Shown: positions 55,901 through 60,000 of the stretch, piece after piece
Numbering within the stretch: the stretch's first letter is position 1
Layout of the letters: every line of letters starts with the position of its first letter
Origin: Felis catus
Taxonomy: Eukaryota
DNA length: 60,000 nt
Direction of reading: 5' to 3'
Assembly: GCF_018350175.1 (NCBI RefSeq)
Contig: NC_058369.1
Span: 9,426,001 to 9,486,000 of the forward strand
The notes under the pieces: generated by a model
What the model saw: the letters and a program-made list of their open reading frames with translations, nothing else
Told to the model about the DNA's origin: nothing
The model's database searches: none
Translations under genes and position numbers: made by a program

Positions 55901-56636
55901 ACCCAATAAAACCTCAACACTTAGGATCCAGGAGTCCTGGTTTCTCTGCTCTCGGCTGACTTTTCCGAAGGGCCCTGCCCTGTATCTCTCCCTCCTGCAT
56001 TTCCGCCCGGGGTGACGAGGCCAGGCGCAGAAATAGCTCTGCCTCAATTAACACCTTCTTCATCGGGGAAAGAAATAATTAGGACATCCCATATTGAGCA
56101 AACTTCACAAGCCCAGGAGAGAAGGAGTCAGGAGAAGCAAGAGAAAAAGGAGGAAGAAAGCACATCTTGAATACACGTTTTCCGTCCCCCGTGGGGCGGC
56201 CTGGGGCCAGGGCTCTGCCTCTTGGGGGTCACCAGGAGGAGATGGCCCGTGGGAAGCCACTCCCGGCCAGATCCCTCTGCCCACCCAGCAAGACAGGCCT
56301 GAAGCCTCTTTCTTTTCTCATAGGGACTCCCCCTCGGCGTCACCGTCCTCTCTGTCCACCCCATGAATTCGTGGTCCCCTCGCCCCGTGACCAGCCCTGC
56401 CGACGGGCCCGTCTGCACCAAGATGGCCAGTGGCGCCCAAACTGACATACAGGCTTCTCTCCTTATCCGATTCCGTTTGGTACTTGGGCTTCAGGGAGCA
56501 AAAGGGTTTGGAGAGCAGGAAACGTCACTGAGAATGTATCTGGGAGCTACCGGGTCCCCGTGTGTGTAGACAGTGGGGGAACGCCATCCGGGGACCCCAA
56601 CGCAAGGCCCTAGAACTACCGAGACCTCGAGGGCTA

Positions 56637-57125
<489 letters not shown>

Positions 57126-59380
57126 TCATCTGATGACCTTTTAGGCAAGACAGGCGTGGAAACTGGTTGCTTTCGGAGCCGTCCTCCTAAGTGTTGGGCG
57201 GCCTTCACCCAGAGAGGGGAGCCTTTTCTTAATTCTTCCCACCGAGAGGGGGCGTCTTTTCCTAATTCATGCAAAGGCTCCAGTTAGGTTAGCCCCACCT
57301 CTGCTCGGGAAAGCAATCAATGCCCTAGTTCCGGTCCCGGGGAAACCAGACATGATTTCACCGGCTTGTACCCCCAGCCCTTGATGTGGGCGCACACGTA
57401 GCCCCATTTCGCAGAGGTGGGAAGCGAGACCGAGAGAGGTGATTTCATCCCAGGGCATTAGCAATAACAGAGCCAGGGTTTAAGCCCAGGCCTGAGGGAC
57501 GTCAGATCCTAGGTTTGCGGCCACCGTGCGGTCAGGGAAGTCTACGGTGAAAACGAGGGTCCGAACAAAAAGCCTGAGGCCTTGCTTCTTGATTAGCAGA
57601 ACTCCGCGTGGCTCATGATTAGCACCTCCTGGTGGGGGGAAACCACGGGGGTCCGAAATGGAAGAGCGATGTTCTTCCACCCGCCTGGCAGGGTGGGTAA
57701 GGCTCTGGACACTGGGTGGCGTCAGTCCCCCGGCCAGATACCCTGCACCCACCTGCCAGCCGCTAGGGGCTCCCAGCTGCCCCTCCTCTTTGTACAACTC
57801 GGTTATCAACAGCGGCCTCACCCAGGCGGCTGCTGCCTCCCCGCCTCCCACCCCCAGCAAGTGACCAGAGAGGTACAGAAGGCCAGCAAGCAGTCTCTTT
57901 GCCTCAGGTTGGAGGATACCTAGGGGGCTACTCACAGTCTAGAGCTCTCCACGAGATCAGGCTGAGACTGCATCCTTGCTGGGCATCTTTCCCGTTCCAT
58001 CCCGCTGTCCTCATTCTCTCTCTCCTGACAGCCCCCTCCAGATAAGGCAGGGCCCATCTGAGCACCTCGCTAAGCCTGCATCGAGGGGCCCCGACCTCGT
58101 CAACTACCCCAGCCGTGTGACCTTCACCAAGGCAGGTCACCGTCCTGAACCTTGGTCTCTCCATCTGTCAACGGGGACTGGGAGAGCACCGCCCTCTCAG
58201 GATTGAAGGAGGGAGCTCCTAGCTGCCAAAGCACCATCGTAGGTGGTGATTAATAGAAACCCTTATTAGCGTTAGCTTGGGGATGATCCCTGACTCAACG
58301 CAATGCAGGCAGCTCCTGGAATCCTGCAGATACTTCAGTAGACGTGCCTTCTTTCCACGAAAAGGCCCTGCTGGTGGTCATCGGGGAGACCTTACCCTTT
58401 AAATCTGGGTGGCAACGAACCCGACGGAAAGAGCCAAGGAGGTGGGAGAGGGTGCCTAATGAGAGAAGCTACCTCACAGGCTTGTGGTGAGGACAAACGA
58501 ATTTGAAAAATGGCAACTACTTAGAGCAGCGCCTGGCACACAACAGATTATTAGCGGTAGGACGAACTGAGGCAGTGGGACAGAAAAAAGGTCGGCCCTG
58601 GTTTTTTGGTTGTTTTTTTTTTTTTTGCAGCTGAACCTCCTTCTGACCCTGAATACTGCAGCCGTCCCCAAAGGGGGGGGGGGAATGGAAGCACCCTGAG
58701 AGAAGGAGAAAGCAGCACCGGATGCCTATGGACTTTGGAGCTCATCACTGTCAAGCTGTCAGAGCTCAGGTGCATAACTTAACCTGAGCCTCAGCCTTGT
58801 CACCTGTCCAATGGGTTCACTGGGTGACTGTGAAGACAAAGTAAGACATTCAATGCATGGAAAGTTCTGTCCCTAGCGTCCAGTAGGCAGCGGGCGCTCG
58901 ATACGTGGTGACCGCCACTGCCACCAGCATTACTGGCCAGGCTCGGGGCCACACTTGCTAAGCCCCAGTCCCGCCATTCTCAGCCACGTGACACTGCTCC
59001 AACGGTTCGGCCGCTCTGAGCCTCAGTTTCCCCACCTGTCAAACGGAGATCTTGCAGAGGCCCAGCTGCGGAGAGCTGTGAGTACTGACTGAGCTAACAT
59101 CAACACGACTCCGGACAGATAGCAGGTGCTCAATAAATGAATGGGTGCTGTGGCTCTAGGTGAGGCCCCTGGCTTGCTTTCAGAAGCTCACCCAGACCGG
59201 CTGCCAGGTTCCTGGGGGCGGGCGGGGGGGGGGGGTCCCTTGGGGAGCTTCCCCCAAGAGAAGGTTGCCCTGACACAGGCTGGGAGGCACTCGGGGGCCC
59301 CTTTTGAGATGCTCTGCGGAGGGGAAACTGAGGACTCCCGGGACCCCCTGAGCAGACCCCTTGCCAGGGTTGGAAACTCA

Positions 59381-59602
<222 letters not shown>

Positions 59603-60000
59603 TCAGGACCTGGAAAGCAGTGTTAACAGTACCTGCCTTATAGGATAAAAGGTGATTTGCAAAGACCCCGAGTCGGTGTATGGTTGATGGTGATCAGTAA
59701 ATGCTGGACGGAGAGGGGCGAAAGTTTCCCATCACTCGTGGTCCGGGCGATGCTCAATATATCGCACAACTCGCCATCAGAACGAATCATGGGGAGGCCC
59801 GGAGGTCTGGGGGGAGGGGTCCGGGAGAGTGGCAGACCCTTCGGGGCTCGGCGCTCTTTATCAGCTGTTAGGAAAAGTGGTTCAGTCTGAGCAGCCCAGC
59901 CTGCGTGGGTTCAAATCCCGGCTCTGCCATTTCCCAGCTGGGAGACCTTGGACAGGCCAGGACTCCTCTCCGTGTCTCAGTTTCCCCTTTTTGTACAACA

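Overview
Mammalian genomic DNA, most likely a felid (dense tRNA-derived Can-SINE/SINEC_Fc-type repeats). The whole window lies inside one minus-strand gene, CACNA1A (Cav2.1 P/Q-type calcium channel alpha-1A). Nineteen coding exons (human numbering 4-22, from 59477 down to 2667) splice into one intact, phase-consistent frame of 3289 nt. It covers IS3-S4 to the start of repeat III, including both pore glutamates (TMEGW, TGEDW), the AID motif and the II-III synprint loop. Introns hold Can-SINEs, old L1, MIR, MaLR/ERVL LTRs, hAT MITEs, microsatellites and a GC-box minisatellite. I see no novel protein-coding system, and nearly all ORFs in the track are spurious. The interesting signal is in splicing. 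Known features: a U12-type intron 16, TG acceptors at exon 10, and a tandem donor at exon 17 giving VEL rather than human VEA. Unannotated candidates: a 4-nt microexon behind a 210-nt AG-free pyrimidine tract in intron 6, a microsatellite-fed 29-nt stop-containing pseudoexon in intron 5, and a 30-nt in-frame candidate in intron 19. Repeat family names and human comparisons are from memory, and repeat boundaries are approximate.
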